Assembly: GCA_044866775.1 (NCBI GenBank)
Contig: JBIOUG010000174.1
Location: 951-64,950, forward strand
DNA length: 64,000 bases
Reading direction: 5' to 3'
Source: Thermoanaerobaculia bacterium
GTDB taxonomy: Bacteria; Acidobacteriota; Thermoanaerobaculia; Multivoradales; UBA5704
The notes under the pieces are model-generated. The model was given only the letters and a program-made list of their open reading frames with translations, was not told where the DNA came from and did no database searches. Shown here in pieces: positions 33,285-42,445 of this stretch. How positions within the stretch are numbered: position 1 is the first letter of the stretch; each line of letters starts with the position of its first letter. Made by a program: the position numbers and the translations under genes.

Positions 33285-33671
33285 ATGGCATGTGGAGGAC
33301 CTTTCGTAGGGCGGGCGGGCGAGACCTTTCGCTTCTGTCTCACGGACGGGGAGACGGTGTGCGCCGGGCAGCGGGTGGACACGGATACCACGACCCGCGC
33401 GACCATCGGCGGCCCGATCCGCTACACCGACCAGGAGCTGCGGCAGTGCGTCACGTGGCAGCTCGAGGAGGGGAAGCTGTACAGCCTCCTGCTCCTCTGC
33501 GTCCCGCCGGGCTCCACCATCAAGGCGCGGCTCACCGTCAGCGGTCAGACCTTCGAGGACGAGTGCACCGTGGGCGGCAGCGGCAGCGTGGGTCCCTGGC
33601 TCATCTTCGTCGCGTCGTCCGCGGCCGCGGACGACGCCGCGGCAGAGCCGGGTGAAGGAGGTGACGCGTGA
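33285..33671 (+). CDS. Hypothetical 128-aa Cys-containing protein
   Basis: Strong RBS gggaaaggagg before the ATG. The stop overlaps the GTG start of the next gene (GTGA). No motif was recognised. Confidence 0.6.
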   Translation: MACGGPFVGRAGETFRFCLTDGETVCAGQRVDTDTTTRATIGGPIRYTDQELRQCVTWQLEEGKLYSLLLLCVPPGSTIKARLTVSGQTFEDECTVGGSGSVGPWLIFVASSAAADDAAAEPGEGGDA

Positions 33672-35296
33672 GGACCGGCGCCAAGACGACGACTCCTCTC
33701 CTCGCCCTGCTGCTGTTGTCGGTAGCGCTCCCGGCGCTCGGCCAGGGCATCGCCCCGCCGGCGCCGCTGCCGGTGCCGGAGGCAACCGAGACCTTCTCGC
33801 AGTACCTGCAGCGCCTGACCAACCTCCGCGCCGGCGCCGCCGCCGACGCCGACGCCGTCGAGAAGGCGACGGCGAAGACGGTCGCCGCCAAGACCACGGC
33901 GACGGCGGCCCCCGAGGGCTTCGCCGGGCGCGTCAACGACTCCATCTCCGACTTCCTCCCCTTCTTCCAGTTCGCCGTCAACAGCGTCAGCACCAGCGAG
34001 GACGAGAAGTCGGTGATCCTGAAGCTCAAGCCGTTCGAGCTCGGCGGCTATGGTCCCGTCTCCGTGGCGGCCACGGCGACCGAGCCCGCCGTCTTCTCGC
34101 CCTTCGCGGAGACGATCCTCGAGCCGGCGCGCGAGGCCGAGGTGAAGCTCCTCCTCGCCGGCGTCGACGACTTCAGCGACGTGACCTGGACGGCCGAGTA
34201 CGGCTACACGCGCCCGGCAAGGAGCTGGGACGCCGATCGCAAGCTCTTCGGCCGCAAGACGGCGACCTACAAGCCGCTCATCCAGGAGCTGCTGGCGGCG
34301 GCTCTCAACGAGGTCTTCCCCGAGCAGGCGGCCGAGGCCAGCGCCTTCGCCGCTCTCGCCCCCGAGATCCTGGTGCTCGGCCAAAAGATCCGCCCCGACG
34401 TGCGGAGCATCACCTTCGGGGAGATCCGCGATCTGATCGCCCGCGAGCCGACCGTCGGGTTCACCGAAGAAGATCTGAAGGACAAGCTGAGCAAGGTCGC
34501 CGACCGCTCGCGGGCGCTCCAGGACAAGCTCAGCGCTCTCAACCTCGCCAAGCTCCCGAACCTCATCGACAACCAGCCGCAGCTCGTGCTGAAGGCGTCG
34601 TACCGCGACGCCGACGAGGTCGTCGGCCCGCGCGCGCAGGCGTACACCCTGACCTACGAGATGGGGACGCGCAACCTCAACGCCGTGCTCGGCCAGTATC
34701 GGGCGCTACGGGCCGGCGCGGGCCCGGCAGCGGCCGCCGCAGCGGCCGCCGGCGACCTCCGCCTGCGCGCCTTCACCCAGGTGACCGCGGACGAGGTCGG
34801 CGCCAGCGAGGACCGCTTCGTCTTCTCGCTCACCTACAAGGACACCGACCCCTACTCCTTCTCCCACGACTACACGGAGACGGTCACCGCCCCGGAGACG
34901 CCGCCGCTCGAGGTGTCGCGGACCGCGAGCCTCTCGCTGCCCGGCTCGACCGAATGGGTGGGGCGCCTCACCTGGACGCGCTACCTGCGCAGCCCGAAGC
35001 TGCGGAGCACGGACCTGCCGCACGCCGAGGGAACGCAGGGCCTCCTGGCATCGCTGCCGGCCGATCCGGAGGAGAAGCCGCGCCTGTCGTTCACCCTGGA
35101 GCACTGCCAGGCCTCGGGGAATTCGAAGCTCCAGGACCGCACCGTCGGCCGGCTGACGCTGACCCTCCCCTCGGCAGGCAACACGACGCTGCCGATCAGC
35201 ATCACCTACGCCGACAAGGCGGAGTTCCTGGGCCAGCAGGACAAGACCTTCGGCGCCCACATCGGGCTCTCCTACAAGGTCAAGGGCGGGGACTGA
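33668..35296 (+). CDS. Hypothetical secreted 542-aa protein
   Basis: Clear signal peptide (PLLALLLLSVALPALGQG), coding-like composition and a beta-rich C-terminus. The family was not recognised. Confidence 0.7.
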   Translation: MRTGAKTTTPLLALLLLSVALPALGQGIAPPAPLPVPEATETFSQYLQRLTNLRAGAAADADAVEKATAKTVAAKTTATAAPEGFAGRVNDSISDFLPFFQFAVNSVSTSEDEKSVILKLKPFELGGYGPVSVAATATEPAVFSPFAETILEPAREAEVKLLLAGVDDFSDVTWTAEYGYTRPARSWDADRKLFGRKTATYKPLIQELLAAALNEVFPEQAAEASAFAALAPEILVLGQKIRPDVRSITFGEIRDLIAREPTVGFTEEDLKDKLSKVADRSRALQDKLSALNLAKLPNLIDNQPQLVLKASYRDADEVVGPRAQAYTLTYEMGTRNLNAVLGQYRALRAGAGPAAAAAAAAGDLRLRAFTQVTADEVGASEDRFVFSLTYKDTDPYSFSHDYTETVTAPETPPLEVSRTASLSLPGSTEWVGRLTWTRYLRSPKLRSTDLPHAEGTQGLLASLPADPEEKPRLSFTLEHCQASGNSKLQDRTVGRLTLTLPSAGNTTLPISITYADKAEFLGQQDKTFGAHIGLSYKVKGGD

Positions 35297-35365
35297 TCAA
35301 GGCCCACGGGCCGACTGCGTAGACCGTTCATTGCGCGGAGTCGTCGCTGAAAGCGTGGCCATCTC

Positions 35366-35407
35366 GCGGACCCCGAGGCGCCTACAGGCAGGCGCTTCGG
35401 GGTCCGC
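35366..35407 (+). terminator. 17-bp stem hairpin downstream of the 33285-35296 operon
   Basis: gcggaccccgaggcgcc-tacaggca-ggcgcttcggggtccgc, with one G-U pair. It lies about 70 nt after the stop. There is no U-tract. Confidence 0.5.
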
Positions 35408-35512
35408 CTCAGCTCCCGACGTCACCAGCCGAACGGTTTCAGGGAGGACGGACCGGCTCGTGGCCGCGTATGCTTCGGCTTCCGGCGCGTCCCAGCCCGA
35501 AGGAGGGCCTGC

Positions 35513-37300
35513 ATGAACTTCCAGATCCGCGCCCGGCGAGCAGGCCTCCTGCTGCTCGCCGGGCTGCTGCTCACGCCCGGCGTTTTGCCGGCGGCGCCCG
35601 CCGCGCCCGGTCCAGCCGGACCAATCAAGCTCGTGGTCGTCGTCGCCGTCGACGGGCTCTCGTGGCCGCGGCTGGAGCGGTATCGGCCGTGGCTCGCGGC
35701 GGGCTTCGCGCGGCTGCTCGACGAAGGGCAGGTCGAGACCGCCTGCCACTACGGGCACCTCAACACCGAGACCGGGCCCGGCCACGCCTCGCTCGCGACC
35801 GGGGCGCCGCCGCGGGTGCACGGCGTGGTGGCGAACCGCTGGTTCGAGGCCAATCCGGACGGCTCCGGCGGGCTGGTCGCCGTCTATTGCACGGACCAGC
35901 AGCTCCCGCCGCACAGCAAGCCGCCGGCCAAGATCGCGGGGCCGGTCAAGCTGCGGGTGCCGACGCTCGGCGATCGGCTGGTCGAGGCGAGCCCGCGGTC
36001 ACGGGTGGTTTCGCTCTCCGGCAAGGACCGGAGCGCCATCTTCCTCGCCGGCCGGAACCCCGGGCACGTCGTCTACTGGTACGACCGCGACAGCGGCCGC
36101 TTCACCAGCTCCGCCGCCTACGACGCCTCCGGCGACGCCGGCCGCGCCGCCGCGGACCTGGTGCGCCAGTTCAACGCGTCGCGGGCCGGCTGGCAGCTCC
36201 TGGCGCGCTTCCGCACGACCTGGAGCCCGCTGCCGGAGCCGCCCGCGGGGCCGGACCTGCCGCGCCCGGCGTCCAACCTGGCGCGCTTCCAGATGCCGGA
36301 CCTCGGCATCGGCTTCGACCACGACCTGACCCGTGATCCGCGCGGCTACTTCAACGCCATCTATTTGAGCCCCTACCAGGACCAGCTCCTGACCGACCTC
36401 GCCCTCGCCGTTCTCGCCGAGCCGCGGCTGGCGCTCGGCGGGCGCGGCGTGCCGGACCTCCTCGCGCTCTCCTACTCGGCCCACGACGTCGTCTCGCACA
36501 ACTTCGGCAACGAGTCGGCCGAGGAGCTGGACGCGCTGCGCCGGGTCGACCGCGAGCTGGGGCGGCTGCTCACGCGGCTGGATGCGATCGCCGCCGCCGA
36601 GCCGCGCGGCCAGGTGGTCCTGGCGCTCTCGTCCGACCACGGCTTCGGCGCGCTCCCCGAGGTCGTACGACGCGAGAGCCAGAGCCGCACCGGCGGGCGC
36701 CTGCTCGCCCCGGACACCACCTCCGACAGCCTCACGAGCGCCTATCCCAACGTCCAGGAACGCTTGAACGGCGCCCTCGCCGAGGAGCTGTGCCTGGCCC
36801 CCGGCGCCCAGCCCATCTTCGGCATCGAGGGCTGGACCCTGTCCTACGACCCGCGCCCGATCCGCTCGCGGCCGGACTGCGCCGCGCCGGAGCGGCTGCT
36901 GACCTTCGCCGACGTCGACCGCGTGCTCGAGACGACCGTCCGGCGCCTCTTCGGCGCCGAGGTGAGCGGCGTGCTCCTCAACTCCCGGCGCGAGCAGTGG
37001 CCGGCCGGCGAGGCCGCCGTGCCGTTCGCGCAGAACGACTTCGACGCCGAGCGGTCGGGCAACGCCTTCCTCGTGCCGCGCGAGAACGTGCTGATGGCCT
37101 TCGACGCCGCCCGCGGCTCGGGGCACGGCTCGCACTTCGCGTACGACACGCACGTGCCCCTGATCTTCTGGGGCGGGCCGTTCCGGGCGGGCGAGCGGAC
37201 GACCGCCGCGGCGCCGTACGACCTCGCGCCGACCCTCGCCGACCTGCTCGGCATCACGCTGCCCGACGCCGCCGGCAGCTCGCGTCTGCCGGCGCCTTGA
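35513..37300 (+). CDS. Alkaline phosphatase-superfamily protein (nucleotide pyrophosphatase/phosphodiesterase-like), secreted
   Basis: Signal peptide, VVVAVDGLSW, TGPGHASLATGAPPRVHGVVANRWF and SSDHGF. Confidence 0.85.
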   Translation: MNFQIRARRAGLLLLAGLLLTPGVLPAAPAAPGPAGPIKLVVVVAVDGLSWPRLERYRPWLAAGFARLLDEGQVETACHYGHLNTETGPGHASLATGAPPRVHGVVANRWFEANPDGSGGLVAVYCTDQQLPPHSKPPAKIAGPVKLRVPTLGDRLVEASPRSRVVSLSGKDRSAIFLAGRNPGHVVYWYDRDSGRFTSSAAYDASGDAGRAAADLVRQFNASRAGWQLLARFRTTWSPLPEPPAGPDLPRPASNLARFQMPDLGIGFDHDLTRDPRGYFNAIYLSPYQDQLLTDLALAVLAEPRLALGGRGVPDLLALSYSAHDVVSHNFGNESAEELDALRRVDRELGRLLTRLDAIAAAEPRGQVVLALSSDHGFGALPEVVRRESQSRTGGRLLAPDTTSDSLTSAYPNVQERLNGALAEELCLAPGAQPIFGIEGWTLSYDPRPIRSRPDCAAPERLLTFADVDRVLETTVRRLFGAEVSGVLLNSRREQWPAGEAAVPFAQNDFDAERSGNAFLVPRENVLMAFDAARGSGHGSHFAYDTHVPLIFWGGPFRAGERTTAAAPYDLAPTLADLLGITLPDAAGSSRLPAP

Positions 37301-37327
37301 AGGCGGGGGCCTCGGGAGCCCCTCAGC

Positions 37328-37717
37328 CTACGATCCTGCGGGTCGACTCTGGACGGAGAGGATGTTGCCGTCCGGGTCCTTGAACCACGCGACCTGGAAG
37401 TCGCCCGCGGAGTGGACGTCGCCCTCGCGGGTGAGCCCCGGCATGTCGTCGTAGTGCTCGAAGGTCACGCCGTTGGCCTTCAGCTCCTTCACCGTCGCCT
37501 CGACGTCCGCGACCTCCCACAGCGCGGCGGTCCCCTGGTTGGTCCCCGCGAACTCCGAGCGATAGACGCAGAGGGTGCTGCCGTCGCTCCGATAGACCAC
37601 CGCCTCGCTGGACGCGTCGCCGACTCGTGCGAGCCCCAACGGCCCTTCGTAGAACTTCGTCGCCACCTCCAGGTCCTTGACCGGGAGCATCGGCTGTACG
37701 GGTGCGTCTCCTAACAT
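37328..37717 (-). CDS. VOC (glyoxalase/bleomycin-resistance/dioxygenase fold) family protein
   Basis: 129 aa, with VKDLEVATKFYEGPLGL ... AWFKDPDGNILSV, typical of VOC domains. Confidence 0.8.
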   Translation of the reverse strand: MLGDAPVQPMLPVKDLEVATKFYEGPLGLARVGDASSEAVVYRSDGSTLCVYRSEFAGTNQGTAALWEVADVEATVKELKANGVTFEHYDDMPGLTREGDVHSAGDFQVAWFKDPDGNILSVQSRPAGS

Positions 37718-37806
37718 TGCGCTCTCCTTTCCACGCCGGCCCAGGCAGAACAGGAGGCAAGGAACGGGCCAAGGTCGCTGGATACGCTAAACTGACCGCC
37801 TCCTCG

Positions 37807-38901
37807 ATGAACGACTCTCTCGACCTCTCGATCCTCGACGGGGGCAGCGAGCAGTTCGCGGTGCTCTACGCGCGCTGCGGCGGCGACATGGCGCTCGGGC
37901 GGCTGCCGTTCGGCGCCGAGCTGACGGACCTCGCGAGCTTCCGCGACCGCATCGAGCAGGCCGCCCGCGGCGTCGAGAGCCGCCCCAAGCCCGCCGACCT
38001 CGCCGACTACGGCCACCGGCTGTTCTCGTTCACCTTCCGCGACGACGACGTCAAGAAGGTCTACAACCTGCTGCCGCAGGGCAACGTCAGCATCCACATC
38101 ATGAGCAACCAGGCCGAGCTACAGAAGCTGCCCTGGGAGTTCCTGCAGGAGCCCGGGCAGAGCCGCGGGCCGCGCCGCAGCCGCTCGGTGGTGCGCATCG
38201 TGCCGACGGTCGGCAAGCCGCCGCCGCCGCCCCCGCGCTTGGGCGCGACGGTGCGCGTCCTCTTCGTCTCGGCGGCGCCCGCCGACCAGGAGCCCGTCGA
38301 CTTCCAGGTCGTCAAGGGGGCGATCGAGCGCGCCTTCCGCGCCAAGTGGCGGCCGGAGTGGTCGGAGCGGTTCACGATCGAGGCCGTGGACGGCGCGACG
38401 CGCGACAGCCTGCGCTCGGCGCTGGCGCGGCGCGACTACGACATCCTCCACTTCTCCGGTCACGGCGACGTCGACGCGCAAGGCCGGGGCCGCCTCCTGC
38501 TGGTCCACCGCAAGACCGGGAAGACCGACTTCCTCGATTCCGAGTCGGTCTGCAAGCTGCTCTGCGAGCGCGACCTGCGGCTGGTCATCCTGAGCGCCTG
38601 CGACACGGCCAAGGGGGACTTCCGCGACGACTTCGCCGTCGTCGCCCAGGCGCTCGTCCGCGGCGGCATGCCGGCGGTCATCGCCAACCAGATGCCGGTC
38701 AAGAACAAGTCGATCGCGCCCTTCGTCGGCGCCGTCTACGAGAGCCTGCTGGTGGACGGCGACATCGATCTCGCGGTCGCCGAAGGGCGCATCGCCCTCG
38801 ACCTCGAGGCCGCGGCCCAGGACCCCGACACCGCCGCCATCGAATGGGGTATCCCGACGCTCTACCGCCACTACCGGGCGGCGCAGCTCTTCACGCCATG
38901 A
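37807..38901 (+). CDS. CHAT-domain caspase-like protease (364 aa)
   Basis: LQKLPWEFL, the catalytic-dyad context ILHFSGHG (His219, nt 38461-38463) and LVILSACDTAKG (Cys265, nt 38599-38601). No signal peptide. The start is taken at ATG 37807. Confidence 0.85.
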   Translation: MNDSLDLSILDGGSEQFAVLYARCGGDMALGRLPFGAELTDLASFRDRIEQAARGVESRPKPADLADYGHRLFSFTFRDDDVKKVYNLLPQGNVSIHIMSNQAELQKLPWEFLQEPGQSRGPRRSRSVVRIVPTVGKPPPPPPRLGATVRVLFVSAAPADQEPVDFQVVKGAIERAFRAKWRPEWSERFTIEAVDGATRDSLRSALARRDYDILHFSGHGDVDAQGRGRLLLVHRKTGKTDFLDSESVCKLLCERDLRLVILSACDTAKGDFRDDFAVVAQALVRGGMPAVIANQMPVKNKSIAPFVGAVYESLLVDGDIDLAVAEGRIALDLEAAAQDPDTAAIEWGIPTLYRHYRAAQLFTP

Positions 38902-39827
38902 AGCTGCCGCCGTTCACGCTCGTCCACGACCCGCGCGCGCCGCGGGGGCCGGAGGGCCGGCGGCGGCTGATCGCAGACTCCGTGCGCGGCGTCGAACCCG
39001 ACCTCCGCGCCGATCTGCTCTCGATCAAGCCGGCGATGAGCAGCACGCTGCTCAAGAGCTTCGCCCTCGAAGCCGAGGCCCCGGCCCGCAAAGGGACGAC
39101 CTCCGCCCTGCGCACCGTCGTCGGCGAGCTCAAGCGCCAGCCGCGGGTGGTGACCGCCGGCATCTGGGACCTCGACTCGCAGGTGGGCGAGCTGCCGGCC
39201 GTCGTCGAGCGGCTCAACGCGGCGCAGCCGGTGTTCGCGTTCTTCGAGGTGCAGGCGGCGCTGCCGGTGGGCCTGGTCAGCCGCCCGCAGCGGGTCGTCG
39301 CCTGGGCCGCCGAGCGCTCCGCGGAGCCGCTCGCCGCCGACGCGGTCGAGGAGTTCGAGAACAACATCATCTTCACCGAGTTCGCCGGCCGCGCCGAGCG
39401 GATCCGCCGCGTCCTCGGGATCGACTACCTGATCGGGATCACGCCGAGCATGATCGCCTTCGAGGACGACGTCGAGATCCACTGGAACTACTTCACGGGC
39501 TTCGCGGGCAAGATCGCCCTGGCGTCGACCTACGGCATGTACGACTACGCCCGCCAGGCCCGCCGGCCGTTCGAGGCCGCGGTGGCCGGGATCGTCGTCG
39601 CGCAGCTCCTCGTCGCCCTCGACTATCCCGCCCTCGGCTTCCACCCGGAGGTCCGCGGCTGCCTCTTCGACTTCAACGAGGAGCGCGACACGATCGTGAG
39701 ATCCCTGCGCCGCGCCCGCATCGAGCCGGAATGCCTGGCGAAGATCCAGCCGCGCTACCGCGCCGCGGCCGAGGCCATGACCGCCGCGCTGCGCGCATAC
39801 GACGGACCGAGGAACGACCAGCCATGA
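38898..39827 (+). CDS. Hypothetical 309-aa protein, middle gene of the CHAT-lipase operon
   Basis: ATGA overlap with the CHAT gene stop and ATGA overlap with the lipase gene start. Coding-like composition. The C-terminal half loosely resembles the archaemetzincin layout but lacks HExxH (see findings). Confidence 0.75.
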   Translation: MKLPPFTLVHDPRAPRGPEGRRRLIADSVRGVEPDLRADLLSIKPAMSSTLLKSFALEAEAPARKGTTSALRTVVGELKRQPRVVTAGIWDLDSQVGELPAVVERLNAAQPVFAFFEVQAALPVGLVSRPQRVVAWAAERSAEPLAADAVEEFENNIIFTEFAGRAERIRRVLGIDYLIGITPSMIAFEDDVEIHWNYFTGFAGKIALASTYGMYDYARQARRPFEAAVAGIVVAQLLVALDYPALGFHPEVRGCLFDFNEERDTIVRSLRRARIEPECLAKIQPRYRAAAEAMTAALRAYDGPRNDQP

Positions 39828-41152
39828 AGCAACACGCGATCTTCCTCCCCGGCATCATGGGCTCGGAGCTCTACTTGGACGACGAGCTGATCTGGCCCGG
39901 CAGCGCCGCGAGCCTCGTCTTCCCCTACAAGAAGATGAAGGAGCTGCTGCGGCCCGACCTCGCGGTGGGCGGGCTGATCCGCAAGTTCTCGATCTCCGAG
40001 CAGTACGACGCCGTCATCCGGGACCTCGGCATCTTCGGCTTCCGCGAGAAGGGCGGGAGCCTGACGCTCCTGCCCTACGACTGGCGCAAGTCGAACGTCG
40101 AAGCGGCGGGCAGGCTCGCCGACGCGGTCGACGCGGTCGCGGTGAAGCACGACGACGCCGAGGTCCTGCTCATCGCCCACAGCATGGGCGGCCTGGTGAG
40201 CCGCTACTACCTCGAATCGGGGAAGTTCGCGGCCCGCCCCGGCTTCGCCGCGGTCCGCTGGCTGATCACCCTCGGCACGCCGCACCGGGGCGCGCCGCTG
40301 GCGCTGGCCGCCGGCGTCGGGCTCGAGAAGCGGCTCTTCCTCAACGCCGAGCAGGTGCACCGGCTGGTCAGCGATCCGCGCTACCCGTCGCTCTACGAGC
40401 TGCTGCCGCCGCCCGGCGAGCCGTTCGCCTGGGACGGCACCACGGGCTCGCGGCTCGCGCCGCTCGACGTCTACCACGCCGACGTCGCGGCGAAGCTCCA
40501 GCTCGTGCCGGCGAACCTCGACGCGGCGCGCGCCTTCCGCGGCGGCCTCGACCCGGCGCGGCGCCCGGCGGCGGTCCGCTACTTCTTCTTCGCCGGCACC
40601 CGCCAGGTCACGATCACCGCGGTCAGCCTCGATCTCAAGGCCGCGCAGCCGGTGACCAAGATCGAGACCGACGCCGCCGGCGACGGCACCGTGCCGATCT
40701 GGAGCGCGATGGCCAACGGGCTCCAGGTGCGGCCGGTCGGCGGCGAGCACGGCACGATCTACAAGAACGAGGACCTGCGGCGGACGCTCGGCATGCTGCT
40801 CGGCTACACCGGAACGCTGGCGGCGGTCGAGCGGATCGAGGTGGCGGTGCGCGACCGCGTCGTCGAGCCCGGCGCGGTGGTCCACGTCGCGCTCACCGTC
40901 GCCGCCGGGACGCAGAGCATCGAGGGCGAGATCCGCCTCGCGCGGGCGGAGCTCGACGACACCGGCGCGCTCACCGGCTACACGCCCGTCGAGCCCACCT
41001 ACCCGCTGCGCTACGAGGGCGTCACCACCGAGGGGATCAACGTCACCTTCGACGCCCCCGAGTACCCCGGGATCTACAAGGTCGCCTTCCACACCCCCGC
41101 CGGCAACCCGATCGGCGAGGACGACCTCTTCGTGCAGGAGCCCGAGGGCTAG
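39824..41152 (+). CDS. Alpha/beta-hydrolase lipase of LCAT/PGAP1-like type with ~100-aa beta-rich C-terminal extension (442 aa)
   Basis: FLPGIMGSELY, nucleophile elbow IAHSMGG (Ser120, nt 40181-40183), TLGTPHRGAP, AAGDGTVPIWS and GGEHGTIY (a Ser-Asp-His arrangement). No signal peptide. Confidence 0.85.
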   Translation: MKQHAIFLPGIMGSELYLDDELIWPGSAASLVFPYKKMKELLRPDLAVGGLIRKFSISEQYDAVIRDLGIFGFREKGGSLTLLPYDWRKSNVEAAGRLADAVDAVAVKHDDAEVLLIAHSMGGLVSRYYLESGKFAARPGFAAVRWLITLGTPHRGAPLALAAGVGLEKRLFLNAEQVHRLVSDPRYPSLYELLPPPGEPFAWDGTTGSRLAPLDVYHADVAAKLQLVPANLDAARAFRGGLDPARRPAAVRYFFFAGTRQVTITAVSLDLKAAQPVTKIETDAAGDGTVPIWSAMANGLQVRPVGGEHGTIYKNEDLRRTLGMLLGYTGTLAAVERIEVAVRDRVVEPGAVVHVALTVAAGTQSIEGEIRLARAELDDTGALTGYTPVEPTYPLRYEGVTTEGINVTFDAPEYPGIYKVAFHTPAGNPIGEDDLFVQEPEG

Positions 41153-41215
41153 GCCTGCCTTGACGTCGGCCCCTGACACCTCCTCTATCGCGAGATGGCA
41201 GTTCGGAGGTGTCCA

Positions 41216-42445
41216 ATGCGCATTGGAAACGCGAGGGGAGTCGCCGCGCGGGCGTCCCTGCTCGGGCTCGCGCTGCTCGCCGCCGCCACGGCGGCGGTGG
41301 CCACCGAGCCGGTGTCCGGTCAACGCTCGGCGGAGAGCGTGAGCGTGCCGGTCGGCAGCCTACAGGTCGCCATCGACGCCCGTACGGGCCGGCTGCGGCA
41401 GCCGACCCCGGAGGAAGCACGGGCGTTGGCGCGCGAGCTGGCGCGACTGTGCCGGCCCGGCATGCAGGGCACCATAGCCCCCACCGAGCACCCTGACGGC
41501 ACGATCGGGTTGACGGTGGGGAGCGAGCACACCAGCTTCTACGTCCTGCGCTTCGGGCCCGACGGCACGCTCGAGAGCGCCTGCGTGCAAGGCGCACACG
41601 CCGCCTCCGCGCCGGGCGTGACCGGAGACGTCGTCCGGGCGCTCGACCCGGCGGACGCCGCGGGCCCCACCACCTTCGACGCCTGTTCGCCGCTCACCGA
41701 CGCCGCGGCGGTGGCGGGCAAGATCGCCCTGGTGGACCGCGGGACCTGCATCGCTCCCGTCAAGACGAAGCACGCGCAGAATGCCGGGGTCGCGGCAGTC
41801 CTCTTCGCCGACAACGCCCCCGGCTCCCCGGCCGGATTCCTTGGCGGCGTCGATCCGACGATCACCATCGTCACGGCGCGGATCACGCAGGTGGACGGAA
41901 ACGCCATCAAGGCGGCGCTCGGCGGCGGCACGGTCAACGTCACCCTCGGCCTCGACATGACGCTGCGGGCCGGCACCGAGCGGGGCACCGGGCTGGTGCT
42001 CCTCAACGCGACCAATCCTCTCCAGCAGGGCACCTCGATCGTGCACTGGGACGGGGTCGCCTCTCCCAATCAGCTCATGGAGGCCGCGATCTTCGACGAC
42101 GTGAGCCACCTCGTCAGCGCGGCCGAGGACCTGACACTCGCCGAGATGACCGACATCGGCTGGTTCTCGGACGGCGACGGCGTGCCCGACGGGCGCGACA
42201 CCTGCCTTGGCTCGACGCCGACCGTAGTCATCGACACCTGCGACTCGGGCGTCGCCAACGACGTCTTCGCCGACGGCTGCACGATTTCCGATGCGGTCAA
42301 CGGCTGCGCGGTCGGAGCCAAGAACCGCGGCGCCTTCGTGAGCTGCGTCGCGCAGATCACCGACGGCTTCAAGAAGAGGGGCCTGCTCACCGGCAGCGAG
42401 AAGGGCTCGATCCAGAGCTGCGCGGCGCGCGCCGACATCCCATAG
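41216..42445 (+). CDS. Secreted PA (protease-associated) domain protein with TSP3-like Ca-binding motif and Cys-rich C-terminus
   Basis: Signal peptide, PA-domain core GKIALVDRGTCIAPVKTKHAQNAGVAAVLFADN, then DGDGVPDGRDTC. The start is taken at ATG 41216; the alternative is 41195. Confidence 0.75.
   Translation: MRIGNARGVAARASLLGLALLAAATAAVATEPVSGQRSAESVSVPVGSLQVAIDARTGRLRQPTPEEARALARELARLCRPGMQGTIAPTEHPDGTIGLTVGSEHTSFYVLRFGPDGTLESACVQGAHAASAPGVTGDVVRALDPADAAGPTTFDACSPLTDAAAVAGKIALVDRGTCIAPVKTKHAQNAGVAAVLFADNAPGSPAGFLGGVDPTITIVTARITQVDGNAIKAALGGGTVNVTLGLDMTLRAGTERGTGLVLLNATNPLQQGTSIVHWDGVASPNQLMEAAIFDDVSHLVSAAEDLTLAEMTDIGWFSDGDGVPDGRDTCLGSTPTVVIDTCDSGVANDVFADGCTISDAVNGCAVGAKNRGAFVSCVAQITDGFKKRGLLTGSEKGSIQSCAARADIP

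Noticed and set aside
37300-41215. Flanking direct repeats or 3'-end duplications around the CHAT-lipase operon, analogous to the other insertions.
   Set aside because: Comparison by eye of the 37.30-37.81 kb and 41.15-41.22 kb flanks showed only trivial short matches. GC content looks like the host background, so there is no evidence from this window that the operon is a recent insertion.
41213-41226. Perfect 14-bp palindrome ccaatgcgcattgg overlapping the start codon of the PA-domain gene, considered as a possible operator.
   Set aside because: It is a single occurrence with no partner site or adjacent regulator gene. It cannot be distinguished from chance with the data at hand.
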